Assembly: GCA_965248435.1 (NCBI GenBank)
Contig: OZ252100.1
Span: 3,936,001 to 4,000,000 of the forward strand
Source of the DNA: Candidatus Latescibacterota bacterium
GTDB taxonomy: Bacteria; Latescibacterota; UBA2968; GCA-2709665
DNA length: 64,000 nucleotides
Direction: 5' to 3'
Shown: piece after piece, positions 20,368 through 30,926 of the stretch
Position numbering within the stretch: position 1 is the stretch's first letter
Layout: every line of letters begins with the position of its first letter
The notes under the pieces: model-generated
The model's input: the letters and a program-made list of their open reading frames with translations, nothing else
Databases searched by the model: none
Told to the model about the DNA's origin: nothing
Position numbers and translations under genes: made by a program

Positions 20368-22137
20368 ATGGCACCAACAGAGACACGGAGGTCCGGGAAG
20401 ATGAATACGGGCGGCAGGCGCGTTCGGTCCCAGCGAGACAGGGCACGGCTCTCGTGGTGGGAGGAGGCCAGGTTCGGCATGTTCATCCACTGGGGGTTGT
20501 ATGCCATTCCTGCGGGTAAGTGGAAGGGGAGGGACATTGCCGGCATCGGAGAGTGGATCATGCTGCGGTCCAGGATCCCGGTTGCAGAGTATGAAAAACT
20601 CGCCGGCCGGTTCAACCCCGTGAAGTTCGACGCCGATGCCTGCGTAGGGCTGGCCAAGAGGGCCGGGATGAAATACCTGGTGATCACGTCCAAACACCAC
20701 GACGGGTTTGCCATGTACGACTCTGCGTGCAGCGAATACGACATCGCAGATGCCACACCTTACGGCCGCGATCCGATAAAGGCCCTCGCAAGGGCGTGCA
20801 GGAGGGCGGGTATCCGGCTGTGCTTCTACTACTCCCAGGACCAGGACTGGCACGATCCGGATGCCTCGGGCAATGACTGGGACTATGATCCGGCGAAAAA
20901 GGACTTCGCCCGCTACCTGCGGAATAAGGTCAAGCCGCAGGTTCGCGAACTGTTGACCCAGTACGGGCCGATCGGGTTGATCTGGTTCGATACGCCAATC
21001 TCGATCTCGAAGGCCCAGAGCCTGGATCTGAGGCGGTTCGTACACGATCTGCAGCCCGACTGTCTCGTCAGCGGCCGGGTCGGGCACGGTGTGGGCGACT
21101 ACGGCTGCCTGGGTGACAATCAGATTCCGGTCGGACGGATCGAGGGCGCCTGGGAGACGCCGGCCACGATGAACGACACGTGGGGGTTCAAGACGGAGGA
21201 CCACAACTGGAAGTCGGTCAAGACGCTGCTTTCCCTGCTTGTAGATCTGGCCAGCAAAGGTGTCAACTACCTGCTGAACATCGGCCCCACGGCCGAGGGC
21301 GTTATCCCTGGGCCCAGCGTGAGGCGGTTGGAGGAGATCGGCCGATGGATGGCCGTCAACGGGGAGGCGATCTACGGGACGAAGGCCAGTCCTTATGCCT
21401 ATTCTTTCGACTGGGGCGCGATGACACAGAAAGGGAACAGGCTGTTCCTGCTGTTCACCCGGTGGCCCCGCGGAAGGTTCACGCTCTACGGTCTGCGGAA
21501 CCGGGTCAAGCAGGCCTCCTTGCTGGCCGATCGGAGGCGGAAGGTCGTCTTTTCCCAGGCGCGGGATGAGGCCCTCGACCACGATACACTGGAGCTGCGT
21601 CTGCCATCGAGGAAGCCCGATCGACACGTCCCGGTCGTGGTGCTGAGGCTCGACGGTGAAGCTGATGTGGACCCGTCGCCCCTCCAGCAGCCGGACGATA
21701 CGGTGACCCTGCTGCCCGGGATGGCCGACGTGCATGTTTCGAACACAGGCCGGCAGATCGGTGTCAGCCCGAGCGGTGTGATCCAGAACTGGTTCAACAA
21801 GGCCAACTGGCTGAGCTGGTCGTTCAAGGTGGTCCGTCCGGCAGATTTTGAGGTCAGGGTGATTACAGGGACCTTGAGGCCCGCCAGGGTCTGGAAGGGC
21901 GGACACAGGGTGAGCGTGGCCGTCGCCGGGAAAACCATCCGGCGAACCATCCGGGCCGATGAGAAAATCGAAAGCCCACGGGCACAATACTTCCCGGAGG
22001 CCGCAACGAGGTTCGGGCGGGTGAGGATCGAAGCGCCCGGGATTTACGAATTGAAGCTCAAAGCTGAAGAGATCAACAGAAACGCCCCGGCCGGTCTGAC
22101 CGTGGCCTCGGTGCGGTTGACGCCCGTAAGGGGGTGA
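20368..22137 (+). CDS. Alpha-L-fucosidase (GH29); alternative start at 20401
   Basis: RFGMFIHWG, GEWIM, TSKHHDGFAMY, LIWFD, WETPATMNDTWG and LLNIGP. Confidence 0.95.
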   Translation: MAPTETRRSGKMNTGGRRVRSQRDRARLSWWEEARFGMFIHWGLYAIPAGKWKGRDIAGIGEWIMLRSRIPVAEYEKLAGRFNPVKFDADACVGLAKRAGMKYLVITSKHHDGFAMYDSACSEYDIADATPYGRDPIKALARACRRAGIRLCFYYSQDQDWHDPDASGNDWDYDPAKKDFARYLRNKVKPQVRELLTQYGPIGLIWFDTPISISKAQSLDLRRFVHDLQPDCLVSGRVGHGVGDYGCLGDNQIPVGRIEGAWETPATMNDTWGFKTEDHNWKSVKTLLSLLVDLASKGVNYLLNIGPTAEGVIPGPSVRRLEEIGRWMAVNGEAIYGTKASPYAYSFDWGAMTQKGNRLFLLFTRWPRGRFTLYGLRNRVKQASLLADRRRKVVFSQARDEALDHDTLELRLPSRKPDRHVPVVVLRLDGEADVDPSPLQQPDDTVTLLPGMADVHVSNTGRQIGVSPSGVIQNWFNKANWLSWSFKVVRPADFEVRVITGTLRPARVWKGGHRVSVAVAGKTIRRTIRADEKIESPRAQYFPEAATRFGRVRIEAPGIYELKLKAEEINRNAPAGLTVASVRLTPVRG

Positions 22138-22288
22138 GGATCTCCGGAGGCCACAGAGAACACGATCGGATGTGACACCCTACTCAGGTCAAGAATTCAC
22201 AAAATCCAGGACAGGTCATTGCAGCGAAGTTTGTCCAACACTCCTTTATTTTCAATATGTTATGAATTCCTAAGCCGCATTATCCATT

Positions 22289-22350
22289 CGTCAAAAAATT
22301 ACTTGACGGAGGTTTCAGGAGTGCGTACTATATGTATATATTGTATACAA
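22289..22350 (+). promoter_or_regulatory. Sigma70-type promoter with candidate GntR operator
   Basis: -35 TTGACG (22303-22308), 17-bp spacer, -10 TACTAT (22326-22331). Palindrome TTGTATACAA at 22341-22350, preceded by the near-repeat TGTATATA; CGTCAA-N8-TTGACG inverted repeat over the -35. Confidence 0.7.
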
Positions 22351-22403
22351 AATAGCCTTCCTCCTCGTTCAATCGCGTCATCTTCCATCCAACAGGACCT
22401 CTC

Positions 22404-23072
22404 GTGTCGTCCAATCCTGAAAGAAACGGCCGGATCGAACTCAAGCGAAGCCTCCTGAAAGATCAGGCGAGTGAGCGCTTACGGGGACTGCTCTTAGAGG
22501 GCGCCTTCCTGCCCGGCAGCAAGATACCTGCACGGAAGGTGATGGAGCTGCTGGGGATCGGGCGCATGCCGGCGCGAGACGCGCTCCTCGAACTCCAAAG
22601 AGACGGCCTGGTCACGAACGAGAATGGCGGAAGGTATTGTGTGGTCGAACTCGACAAAGAGACGCTGGACGACCTCTACGACGCGCGTCTGATGCTGGAG
22701 AAGCGGGCCATCGAACTGGCGACGCGGAACGCCCAGCGGGAGGACCACGCTATGCTCTCACACAAATTCGAGGAGATGAAGGAGGCCTGCCACCGGAAAG
22801 ATATAGCGGGCGTGCGCAAGGCCGACATAGAACTCCATCGCCTGATCTGGCGCCTGTCGAACAATTCCATACTGGAAAAGATCCTGAATTACATAGGCGA
22901 TTTGACCTTTTTCGGTCACATGGGACTGAAAGATGTGGATGAAGTGGCGCTGGAACGCTGGTCCATCCAACTGGACAAGCACCGCGACCTAGTGGACCGT
23001 ATAAATTCCGGCGACACACAGGGAGCGGTCGAGAGCATTGAGCACCACGTGCACAGGTCGCTTCGTTCTTAG
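22404..23072 (+). CDS. GntR-family regulator (FadR/FCD type)
   Basis: wHTH (LGIGRMPARDALLEL) plus FCD domain (DLYDARLMLE, DIELH, H..LV..I). Confidence 0.92.
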   Translation: MSSNPERNGRIELKRSLLKDQASERLRGLLLEGAFLPGSKIPARKVMELLGIGRMPARDALLELQRDGLVTNENGGRYCVVELDKETLDDLYDARLMLEKRAIELATRNAQREDHAMLSHKFEEMKEACHRKDIAGVRKADIELHRLIWRLSNNSILEKILNYIGDLTFFGHMGLKDVDEVALERWSIQLDKHRDLVDRINSGDTQGAVESIEHHVHRSLRS

Positions 23073-23341
23073 CTTAGCCTGCTAAGCTCTGAAGGCATTG
23101 TGGCCTGAAGCTTTCCGCGTAGCCTCACCGGAGTCGGGTCGGAGGAGATCGTGTCTACAGGAATCCTGTTCAATTTTTTCATCAGAGAGGGGCGGATGGC
23201 CGATGCCTAAGGAGATCCGTAGCCTTCAGGTAGATCCAAACAAGCAGGTATAAGGAGGCCAGTCTATGGATATATTATGGTATAGATTAAGAGACAGTTC
23301 AAACCCTCACGTGTTCAGCAGACAAACTCAAGGAGGTTACG

Positions 23342-26300
23342 ATGAGAGCTAGCAAAAGTTTGATCTCTCTTGTACTCGCCGGGGCGTTGCTCGCCTTCTG
23401 TCCGGCTGATGGTATGGCCGGCACAGTCGGCAAGGTCAACGGCGTCGTCACCGACGCAACGGGCCAGCCGCTTCCAGGCGCCAACGTTGTGATCGAAGGC
23501 ACACGGCGAGGCGCGACGACCGATACCGACGGTTACTACCTCATCCTGTCGGTCGATCCTGGTCGGTATGAATTGACCGCATCGATGGTCGGCTATAACA
23601 CGTCCATCAAGCAGGACGTGCTGGTGCAGGCGGACTTCACCACCGCTGTCGACCTTACCCTGGAGGAGACCGCGCTGCAGGCCGCCGAGATGGTGGTGGT
23701 CGCGCAGCGTCCGCCCGTGGAGCCGGACCGGACCTCGACCCGCTACGTCATCAATCTGGCGGACATCCAGGCCGTGCCTCTGGCGCGGGAGACCGAAGAC
23801 CTGATCGAGCTGCAGCCCGGCGTCTCTGTGGACGGCGACCTCCGCATCCGGGGGAGCAACGTGGCCCACCCCGACGGGCAGAACGAGGTGTTCGTGCAGA
23901 TCGACGGGGTGCGGCTGATCAACAGCGACGGCGGGACCCAGGCAGGGCAGCAGCAGGGCCTCTTCCTCGGCGTCAACAAGCAGGCGCTGCAGGAGGTGTC
24001 CGTGCTCACCGGTGGCATGGACGCCGAGTACGGCAACGCGCAGGGCGGTGTGTTCAGCTTTGTTACCCGGGAGGCCAGGGCCACCTTCGGGGGCCTGGGC
24101 GAGTACCGGCTGACCCCGTCGGGGAAGAAGCACTGGGGGTCCAACGTCTACGACGGCGCACGGGTGAAAGAGACCGCGGGTCTGACCAACCCCTGGTCGG
24201 ACTCTGACTTTCAGAACGAGACCGACCCGTTGACCGGGCAGAAGGTGCACGAGCGGACCGACTATACGGGCGTGTGGGGGAACTACCTGGAGGGGTCGCT
24301 CTCCGGCCCGCTGGCCGAAGACCTCGGCTTCTTCGTAAGCGGGCGCTACAGCCGGGACGCCACCGCCTTCCCGAGCCCGCTCAACCGTGAGCCGTTCAAC
24401 ATGCAGATGTTCGGCAACGCCACCTACCGCGCCGGCGGCAACATCAAGGTGAAACTGGGCGGCATCTACGCCGCCGAGGACATCTTCAACCGGGGCGGTA
24501 CCGCTAACCGGAACTACGACCTTACGGTGATTCCCGAAGGGGTGCTGCGCGGCGTCGAGCACAACAGTCTGAACCTCTTCCTCCCGGAGGACTACGGCGG
24601 GGCGGGCACGCAGGACATGTCGCAGAGCGTCGTTTACGGGACGGCAACGCACAGCCTTTCTCCCAAGACGTTCTACGAACTCCGGGTCTCCTACCAGCAG
24701 CGCGACATCAACAGCCAGGGCGTGCCCGAGGCCACCGAGGGGATCCGGAGGGACAGCTTCGGGTTCCACCTGGCGCGGGACTACCACAGCACCCGGACCT
24801 CCGAGCTCAAGCGCTGGTTCTTGAAAGCCGACCTCAGCAGCCAGGTGTCCAAAGGGCACCTGGTCAAGGCGGGCGCCGAGTTCACCCGCTACAGCGTGCA
24901 GGAGAGCGGCGAGATCTTCAGGGACGCCAAGAACCGGCACGTCTACATGGTCGGCAAGGGGGACGTCGTGATCGGGATGGAGCCGTTCCATCCGATCCGG
25001 TACGGCGCCTACATCCAGGACAAGATGGAGTTCGAGGGCCTTGTGATCAACGCCGGCGTCCGGTTCGACGCCATCTCCTCGCGCGAGAGCATCGGACAAA
25101 ACATGGGCATCGCCATGAATTTCAGGCATTACGATACCCTCACCCGGTTTCGGAACGTGCCCGTCGTCGGCAATCAGCCGACGACGACCGCGTGGAGCCC
25201 CCGGCTGGGGCTCTCCCACCCGATCACCGAACGCTCAACCCTCCGGTTCTTCACGGGGCGCTTCACCCAGCTCCCCGACGTCCAGAGCTTCTATCACCGC
25301 AACTTTGAAGGGAGCGGCGCGGACCAGGACCTGAACGGCAACGGCCAGATCGACCAGATGGAGCGGTACAACAGGCTCCTGACAACGAAAAACGGGTTTG
25401 TTGGCTGGGCGCACGGGCAGGCGGAGGCGACGACGAGCGTGGAGGCCGGCTTCGACTGGAACTTCGCCGGGGACTACATCGCCAGTCTCTCGGCCTTCTA
25501 CAAGGACCAGGAGGGCGGCCTCCGCAGGCGATCGGTCTTCTTCGTGACGGATCCGATCGACGGCAGGAACCCGCGCCAGGCCCGGGTCTTCTCGAACATG
25601 GTCTTCAACACCTCGCGAGGGTTCGAGGTCGCCTTCAAGAAGATGTTCAATGACTACACCTCCTTCAACCTGGCCTACAACGCCCAGTGGCTGCGATATC
25701 AGCAGGGCGGGCGCCCGAATTTCTTCAACATCATCACATCGCGATGGTACCCCGATTCCTCCTACGTGGCCAGCGACCGCTACTTCAACGGCGTCACCGT
25801 CCGGGAGGACGGCCAGGAAATCCCCAAACCGCTCACCGAGGAGCAGAAACGCGAGGTCGGTCATACGGCCAACGAATTCCTCAGGAACCAGTCCAAAGTC
25901 CCTGGTTACAGCCCGGGTACCCCCATCGTGCCGGGCCGGATGGAAGAGGGGTTCTACAGCTTTTTCTACGACGGCAGTGTAAACGCTCCGATGAACGCCC
26001 TGCCCCGGCTGAGGGCCGGCATCGACCGGCGCAACTACGGCAGCGTGCAGTTCCTCTTCTCCACCCCGGCCGACTTCCACATCCGGCCGTTGTCCGGATT
26101 CCGGGCCACGATGGTCTGGCGGATGCAGACCGGCACCCCCTTCCTCTATACGTCGCCCACCGGCGTCACCTCGGAGCGGAGCGCGCCGCTCTCCACGCTG
26201 ACCGACGTGAACTTCGAGAAAGACTTCCAGTTCGGCGGGAGCGGGGTGGCGACCGCGTTCCTGGAGGTGCGAAACCTCTGGAACCAGAAAGACGACATGA

Positions 26301-26458
26301 CCGTGGGGTTCAACCCCGTGCAGTACGGCCTGCAGGAGCCCGAGCCGGGGGACTCCCGGTATGAGGAGTTCGGAGATGTCGAGGAACTGGTCCGCTACGG
26401 CGCCGGGTTGGGTCGTTCGCCTCGCCTGGCCGTGCTCGGTGCCCGTTTCAAGTTCTAA
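23342..26458 (+). CDS. TonB-dependent receptor with carboxypeptidase-regulatory-like N-domain
   Basis: Signal peptide; GQPLPGANVVIEGT..GATTD.DGYY; plug motif TGGMDAEYGNAQGGV; YIQDKME, NAGVRFD, SPRLGLSHP; C-terminal Phe. Confidence 0.93.
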   Translation: MRASKSLISLVLAGALLAFCPADGMAGTVGKVNGVVTDATGQPLPGANVVIEGTRRGATTDTDGYYLILSVDPGRYELTASMVGYNTSIKQDVLVQADFTTAVDLTLEETALQAAEMVVVAQRPPVEPDRTSTRYVINLADIQAVPLARETEDLIELQPGVSVDGDLRIRGSNVAHPDGQNEVFVQIDGVRLINSDGGTQAGQQQGLFLGVNKQALQEVSVLTGGMDAEYGNAQGGVFSFVTREARATFGGLGEYRLTPSGKKHWGSNVYDGARVKETAGLTNPWSDSDFQNETDPLTGQKVHERTDYTGVWGNYLEGSLSGPLAEDLGFFVSGRYSRDATAFPSPLNREPFNMQMFGNATYRAGGNIKVKLGGIYAAEDIFNRGGTANRNYDLTVIPEGVLRGVEHNSLNLFLPEDYGGAGTQDMSQSVVYGTATHSLSPKTFYELRVSYQQRDINSQGVPEATEGIRRDSFGFHLARDYHSTRTSELKRWFLKADLSSQVSKGHLVKAGAEFTRYSVQESGEIFRDAKNRHVYMVGKGDVVIGMEPFHPIRYGAYIQDKMEFEGLVINAGVRFDAISSRESIGQNMGIAMNFRHYDTLTRFRNVPVVGNQPTTTAWSPRLGLSHPITERSTLRFFTGRFTQLPDVQSFYHRNFEGSGADQDLNGNGQIDQMERYNRLLTTKNGFVGWAHGQAEATTSVEAGFDWNFAGDYIASLSAFYKDQEGGLRRRSVFFVTDPIDGRNPRQARVFSNMVFNTSRGFEVAFKKMFNDYTSFNLAYNAQWLRYQQGGRPNFFNIITSRWYPDSSYVASDRYFNGVTVREDGQEIPKPLTEEQKREVGHTANEFLRNQSKVPGYSPGTPIVPGRMEEGFYSFFYDGSVNAPMNALPRLRAGIDRRNYGSVQFLFSTPADFHIRPLSGFRATMVWRMQTGTPFLYTSPTGVTSERSAPLSTLTDVNFEKDFQFGGSGVATAFLEVRNLWNQKDDMTVGFNPVQYGLQEPEPGDSRYEEFGDVEELVRYGAGLGRSPRLAVLGARFKF

Positions 26459-26491
26459 TCCTCGGACAACATAGATTTGGAGGAACACCTT

Positions 26492-28846
26492 ATGTCTGGT
26501 ATTCGCTTTTTGAGATGGGGCCTCGCGTTCCTGGCAGCCTCGGCGCTGCTGACCGCAGGCGTCCCCCCCGCTACAGGCAAGAACGTGGACTACGAGGCGG
26601 GCTGGGACATTACACGCTCCCTCGTCTGGTGGTCGGCCAGCAACGCCGGAAACATGGGCGGGCACTACTTAGTGGGTGACTCGCGGACAATGTTCGCGTT
26701 GACCTATCCGGGCACCATATACGGGTACTGGGGCGCGCCGTCAGACCCCACCACCTCCAACTGGGGCAACAAGGGGTGGCGGGGTGGCGAGGCCTGGAAC
26801 GAGCCTCCCGTCCACGGAATCGGCTGGGGCGTGCTGGCCCTGACGAACGTGGGCGGGGAGAAGTGGGTCTCCTGGACGGGCCCGCGCCAGCCCTCGGAAG
26901 ATACCGAGGAGATGATCTACGACATCGAAAACGGCCCGGAGCGTGACTGGGGCTTCGACACCCGCACCGCTCCCTGGACGAACCAGAGCGGCCGGGCCCC
27001 AACCAACCCGCCGGGCTCGCGGACGGCCAACTGGTTCCCCGGGGCGACCCCTCAAAGCGGCGACCCGTTCGGTTCGTCGCCCTACAACATCCACAACTTC
27101 GACTACGGGGTCTACCCCCCGGTCCAGAACACGGCCGAGGAGATCCTGATCTCGCAGTGGCGCTCCCAAAATGACGTGGTGACCACGCGGAAGATGTACG
27201 CCTGGAGCAACCAGGACTTCGACGACTTCGTCATCGTGGAGCTCGAGTTCGAAAACCAGGGTGGTCAGGCGCTCAACGACGCCTACTTCGGAGTGATGGG
27301 CGACTTCGCGGTGAACCAGGCGGGCCTGGCCTACCGCTGGTCCAATGAAGGTCACTATCCCACCTACGCACGGCCCGCCGGGCTGGACGACTGGTTCAAG
27401 TACAGCGAGGCGACCAACTTCGACGGCGATCCGGCTGCCGCAGGGAAGTTCATCTCCTACCAGTTCGACGGAAACGCGGTGCAGAGCGTCGACGATGACA
27501 CCGGTGACCCTTACATCCGGGAGCTCGAGCACCCGAACGGCAAGTTCCCCGGCAGCAGCTTCCGGCCCGACGGCACGCCGCTTGCGCCGGCCTACGTCGG
27601 GGTGGCCCCCCTGGCCTTCCGCAACAGCGGTCCGAGCCACACGTTCAATGCTGCTGACCAGGCTGCGGGCTACGTGGACCCGGGCAGCGACGGGCCGCTC
27701 ATGCACCGATACAATGTATTCGGGGAAAGCAACGTCGACGATCCTACCCGCGGCGCGCTGAGCCCGGCCGAGATGTACGACTTCTTCACCGGCCCGACGA
27801 TGGACCAGCCCGCGGAGTTCGGCATGTCCTGGAGCGACCAGGTCTACGGGCCCTACAACCTGGGCCCGGGCGATAGGGCCAAGCTCGTGCTGGTCTATGT
27901 GTTCGGCACGGGTGCAGATGGGGATACGGGCAACATCGAATCGCAGACGGGATATCCGAAGGACATCACCAGCTGGTCCTGGGACCTCGCCACCGATCCG
28001 AGCACGCTGAAGCCGGAGGTGGCCAAAGGCGAACAGGTGATACTGAAGCATCTTTCGCACGCGCAGTTCGCTTACGACAACGAGTTCCGCATCCCCACCT
28101 CGCCGCCGGACGTCAGTTTCAGCATCGGGGACAACGAGCTCGCGCAGAATCAGCTCACCTTCCCGGGCGACGCCGAACAGTCGACCAACCCCGACTATGG
28201 GGAAGCGGACGTCACGGCCTACCGGGTCTACAGGTCCAGTTTCCAGGACTACGGCCCGTTTGAATTGCTCGGAGAGATCCCGGCCACAGGCCAGAGCGAG
28301 TACGTGTTCGACGATGACACCTCCGTAGCCGGATTCGCCTACACCTACTCCGTGCGCGCGGTGGCGTCGCCGAAGACGACCTGGAGCGAGGGGGGCAGAA
28401 CGATGGCAGACCTGCCCCAGGTCGTTCAGGATCATCTGAGCAAGGGACTGGAGGGCGGGTATGGTGCGATCGAGCAGAAGATGCTGGTCGCCCGCAACCC
28501 CTCCGCCCCCGGCCTGCCGGTCTTCAACAGGCTGGAGCGGAAGGTGCTGGTGGTGCCCAACCCCTACACCCTCGCCGACGAGACAGGCAACTACCAGGGC
28601 GTCGAGAAGATCCGGTTTGTCGGCATCCCGGAAAAGTGCGTCATCCGCATCTTCTCGGTATCGGGCGACCTGCAGAGCGAGATCCATCACGACAAGCCGG
28701 GGGTCGGTGAGTTGAGCTGGCTCAGCTTTCAGAACCTCGTCGCAACCGACGAAGTCAGGTCGGGGGTCTACTTCTTCGTCGTGGAATCCCTGATGCCGGA
28801 AAGCCTCGGCAAGGTGGAAAAGGGCATCTTCGTGATCCAGAGATAG
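26492..28846 (+). CDS. Secreted protein with Fn3-like domain and T9SS type-A-like C-terminal sorting domain
   Basis: Signal peptide without lipobox Cys; YRVYRS...YTYSVRA; C-terminus VVPNPY...IRIFSVSGDL...SGVYFFVVE...KGIFVIQR. Confidence 0.8.
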   Translation: MSGIRFLRWGLAFLAASALLTAGVPPATGKNVDYEAGWDITRSLVWWSASNAGNMGGHYLVGDSRTMFALTYPGTIYGYWGAPSDPTTSNWGNKGWRGGEAWNEPPVHGIGWGVLALTNVGGEKWVSWTGPRQPSEDTEEMIYDIENGPERDWGFDTRTAPWTNQSGRAPTNPPGSRTANWFPGATPQSGDPFGSSPYNIHNFDYGVYPPVQNTAEEILISQWRSQNDVVTTRKMYAWSNQDFDDFVIVELEFENQGGQALNDAYFGVMGDFAVNQAGLAYRWSNEGHYPTYARPAGLDDWFKYSEATNFDGDPAAAGKFISYQFDGNAVQSVDDDTGDPYIRELEHPNGKFPGSSFRPDGTPLAPAYVGVAPLAFRNSGPSHTFNAADQAAGYVDPGSDGPLMHRYNVFGESNVDDPTRGALSPAEMYDFFTGPTMDQPAEFGMSWSDQVYGPYNLGPGDRAKLVLVYVFGTGADGDTGNIESQTGYPKDITSWSWDLATDPSTLKPEVAKGEQVILKHLSHAQFAYDNEFRIPTSPPDVSFSIGDNELAQNQLTFPGDAEQSTNPDYGEADVTAYRVYRSSFQDYGPFELLGEIPATGQSEYVFDDDTSVAGFAYTYSVRAVASPKTTWSEGGRTMADLPQVVQDHLSKGLEGGYGAIEQKMLVARNPSAPGLPVFNRLERKVLVVPNPYTLADETGNYQGVEKIRFVGIPEKCVIRIFSVSGDLQSEIHHDKPGVGELSWLSFQNLVATDEVRSGVYFFVVESLMPESLGKVEKGIFVIQR

Positions 28847-28870
28847 CGACTTTCGAAAGGATGATCGGAT

Positions 28871-29860
28871 ATGAAACGGTTACCCAGCACTGGTGCGATC
28901 CTCGCGTTCTCTGCGCTCCTTGCGGCGGCGCCTGCGCAGGCGCAGGAGCTCTTCCCGGACGCACCCATAGGCCCCGCGGATCTTGCACAAACAGAAAAGC
29001 TCTGGTCCTCTGCCTTCCAGTTCCTGAAGATCTCACCCACTGCCCGGGTGTCAGGGATGGGCGACGCCTACACGGCCGTCGCGGAAGGGATGGACGCGGC
29101 CTTCTGGAACCCGGCCGGGCTCACGACGATCGAAACGGTGGGATATTCCTTCTCTTACGCGGACTGGCTCCTGGGAACGGAGCTATACTCGGGCGCCATC
29201 GCCTTCAACATCGGGTGGGGCTCGGTCGTGGGCATCTCCGTGGTCAGCCTGCAGTTCCCGGACGTCGAGCAGACCACCCCTTTGAACCCGCTGGGCACGG
29301 GAGAGATGCTGGACCTGGGGGACACCGCCGTGGGGCTGGTCTACGCCCGGCAGTTGACCGACAAGCTCTCCGTCGGCGGCGTGGTCCGGTTCGTCGAGTC
29401 CAAACTCCACAACAGGAATATGTCCGGGACCCTCTTCAGCGTGGGGACGATACTGCACACCGGGTTCCGCAGCCTGCGCATCGGGATGGGTATGAAGAAC
29501 CTGGGCGACGACGTGATCATCCTCTCGGATGCGTCGCGGATGCCTATCGTGTTCCACGTCGGCACCTCCCTGGAAGTGATCAGGGAACTGGGTGACCCGA
29601 TGTCGCTGACCGGGTCGTTCGAAGGCACCTACTTCACCGACCGGTTCCAGCGCTGGAGCCTGGGCGGGGAGCTCTGGCTAAGGGACCTGCTCGCATTTCG
29701 CGCCGGCCGGAAGTGGCGTTACGACGCGGAGACCTGGAGCGTCGGCGCGGGCCTGAAGGCCAGGTTGCTGGGCAACACCTTCCAGGTGGACGTCTCCTAC
29801 TCCGACTACGGAAGACTGCTGAAGAACCCGGTCCGGCTGACCTTCTCCGGTGCGTTCTGA
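28871..29860 (+). CDS. PorV/PorQ-family outer-membrane beta-barrel
   Basis: FQFLKISPTARVSGMGDAYTAVA...FWNPAGL signature; signal peptide; C-terminal Phe. Confidence 0.9.
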   Translation: MKRLPSTGAILAFSALLAAAPAQAQELFPDAPIGPADLAQTEKLWSSAFQFLKISPTARVSGMGDAYTAVAEGMDAAFWNPAGLTTIETVGYSFSYADWLLGTELYSGAIAFNIGWGSVVGISVVSLQFPDVEQTTPLNPLGTGEMLDLGDTAVGLVYARQLTDKLSVGGVVRFVESKLHNRNMSGTLFSVGTILHTGFRSLRIGMGMKNLGDDVIILSDASRMPIVFHVGTSLEVIRELGDPMSLTGSFEGTYFTDRFQRWSLGGELWLRDLLAFRAGRKWRYDAETWSVGAGLKARLLGNTFQVDVSYSDYGRLLKNPVRLTFSGAF

Positions 29861-29912
29861 AATGGAATCTTTGCATCAACCGTTCACTGATTGAAGAAGG
29901 AGGATTGAGGAA

Positions 29913-30926
29913 ATGGCTGACGATCGCCGGGAAATGTTGAAAGGTGCGCTCGTTGCCGCGGTCACGCCGGCAACGCCGGAGTTCGACGTGGATTACGATC
30001 GCCTCAGGGATCACTATCGATTCATCGTCGAGGGCGGCATTCGGCACGGGGTCGGGATGGTCCTGGCCGTGGGCGGGGGCGGAGAGGGCTACTTCCTCAA
30101 CGACGAGGAGTGGTCCAAAGCGGTGGAGATCTTCGCCGAGGAAGTCGTGGGCAAGGTGCCGACCCTGGTCGGGGTCTTCGACCTGAACACGAAACACGCG
30201 ATCTCCAAGATCAAGTACGCGGAAGATCTGGGGATCGATTTCGTACAGCTGGCGCCTCCGCACTACCAGCATCCGACAGACCTGGAGGTCCTCACGCACT
30301 ACAGGCTGGTGAACGACGCCGTGAGCAGGATGGGTATCGTGGTCTACCACACCTTCTGGGCACTGCCCGAGTCATACGAAATGACCCCGCCCGTCTTCGC
30401 CCGGCTGGCGGAGCTCGAAAACGTGGTCGGGATAAAGTGGGGGTCCGACAAACTGAAGAACTTCACGAATGTGCTGTTCGAATTCCGCGACAGGTTCGCC
30501 TTCATGGACAACCAGGGTTGGTGCGGCGCGCTCGGCCAACCGCACGGTATGACTTCCTTCCCGTTCTTCATGGGCAACGTGGATCCGCCGATGGCGGTCC
30601 GAGCGGGGAAGTGCTTCGTGGAAGGCGACTACGCGGGGTTCAAGGCGGAAGTCTCAAAGGGCGGAGGTCTCAGAGAGCGGGTGAGGCAGGCGATTATCGA
30701 AGAGGTTCACGGACCGGGAAGCCCGCTGTGGAGGACGACGGGTGAGGGCACCCTGGCCAAGGCCGCGATCGAGATCTTCGGCCGGCCGATGGGTCCGGCA
30801 TTTCCGCCCCAGTATAACCTGTCGGAGGAGGCGAAGGAGCGTATAAAGAGAGAACTGGGTGTCGGCGAGCAGGAAACGCAGCCTGAAATGGCCGGTGCGA
30901 TAGGCGCAGCCGGCGGCGCGACCTGA
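29913..30926 (+). CDS. DHDPS/NAL-family aldolase
   Basis: VTP, GGGGEGY, QLAPPHY, VVYH and VVGIKW (Schiff-base Lys). Confidence 0.88.
   Translation: MADDRREMLKGALVAAVTPATPEFDVDYDRLRDHYRFIVEGGIRHGVGMVLAVGGGGEGYFLNDEEWSKAVEIFAEEVVGKVPTLVGVFDLNTKHAISKIKYAEDLGIDFVQLAPPHYQHPTDLEVLTHYRLVNDAVSRMGIVVYHTFWALPESYEMTPPVFARLAELENVVGIKWGSDKLKNFTNVLFEFRDRFAFMDNQGWCGALGQPHGMTSFPFFMGNVDPPMAVRAGKCFVEGDYAGFKAEVSKGGGLRERVRQAIIEEVHGPGSPLWRTTGEGTLAKAAIEIFGRPMGPAFPPQYNLSEEAKERIKRELGVGEQETQPEMAGAIGAAGGAT

Noticed and set aside
20317-28690. Long antisense ORFs (20317..21987, 23315..25219, 25235..26665, 26741..28690; similar ones at 11232 and 43954)
   Set aside because: Shadow ORFs of high-GC genes that have clear motifs on the opposite strand.
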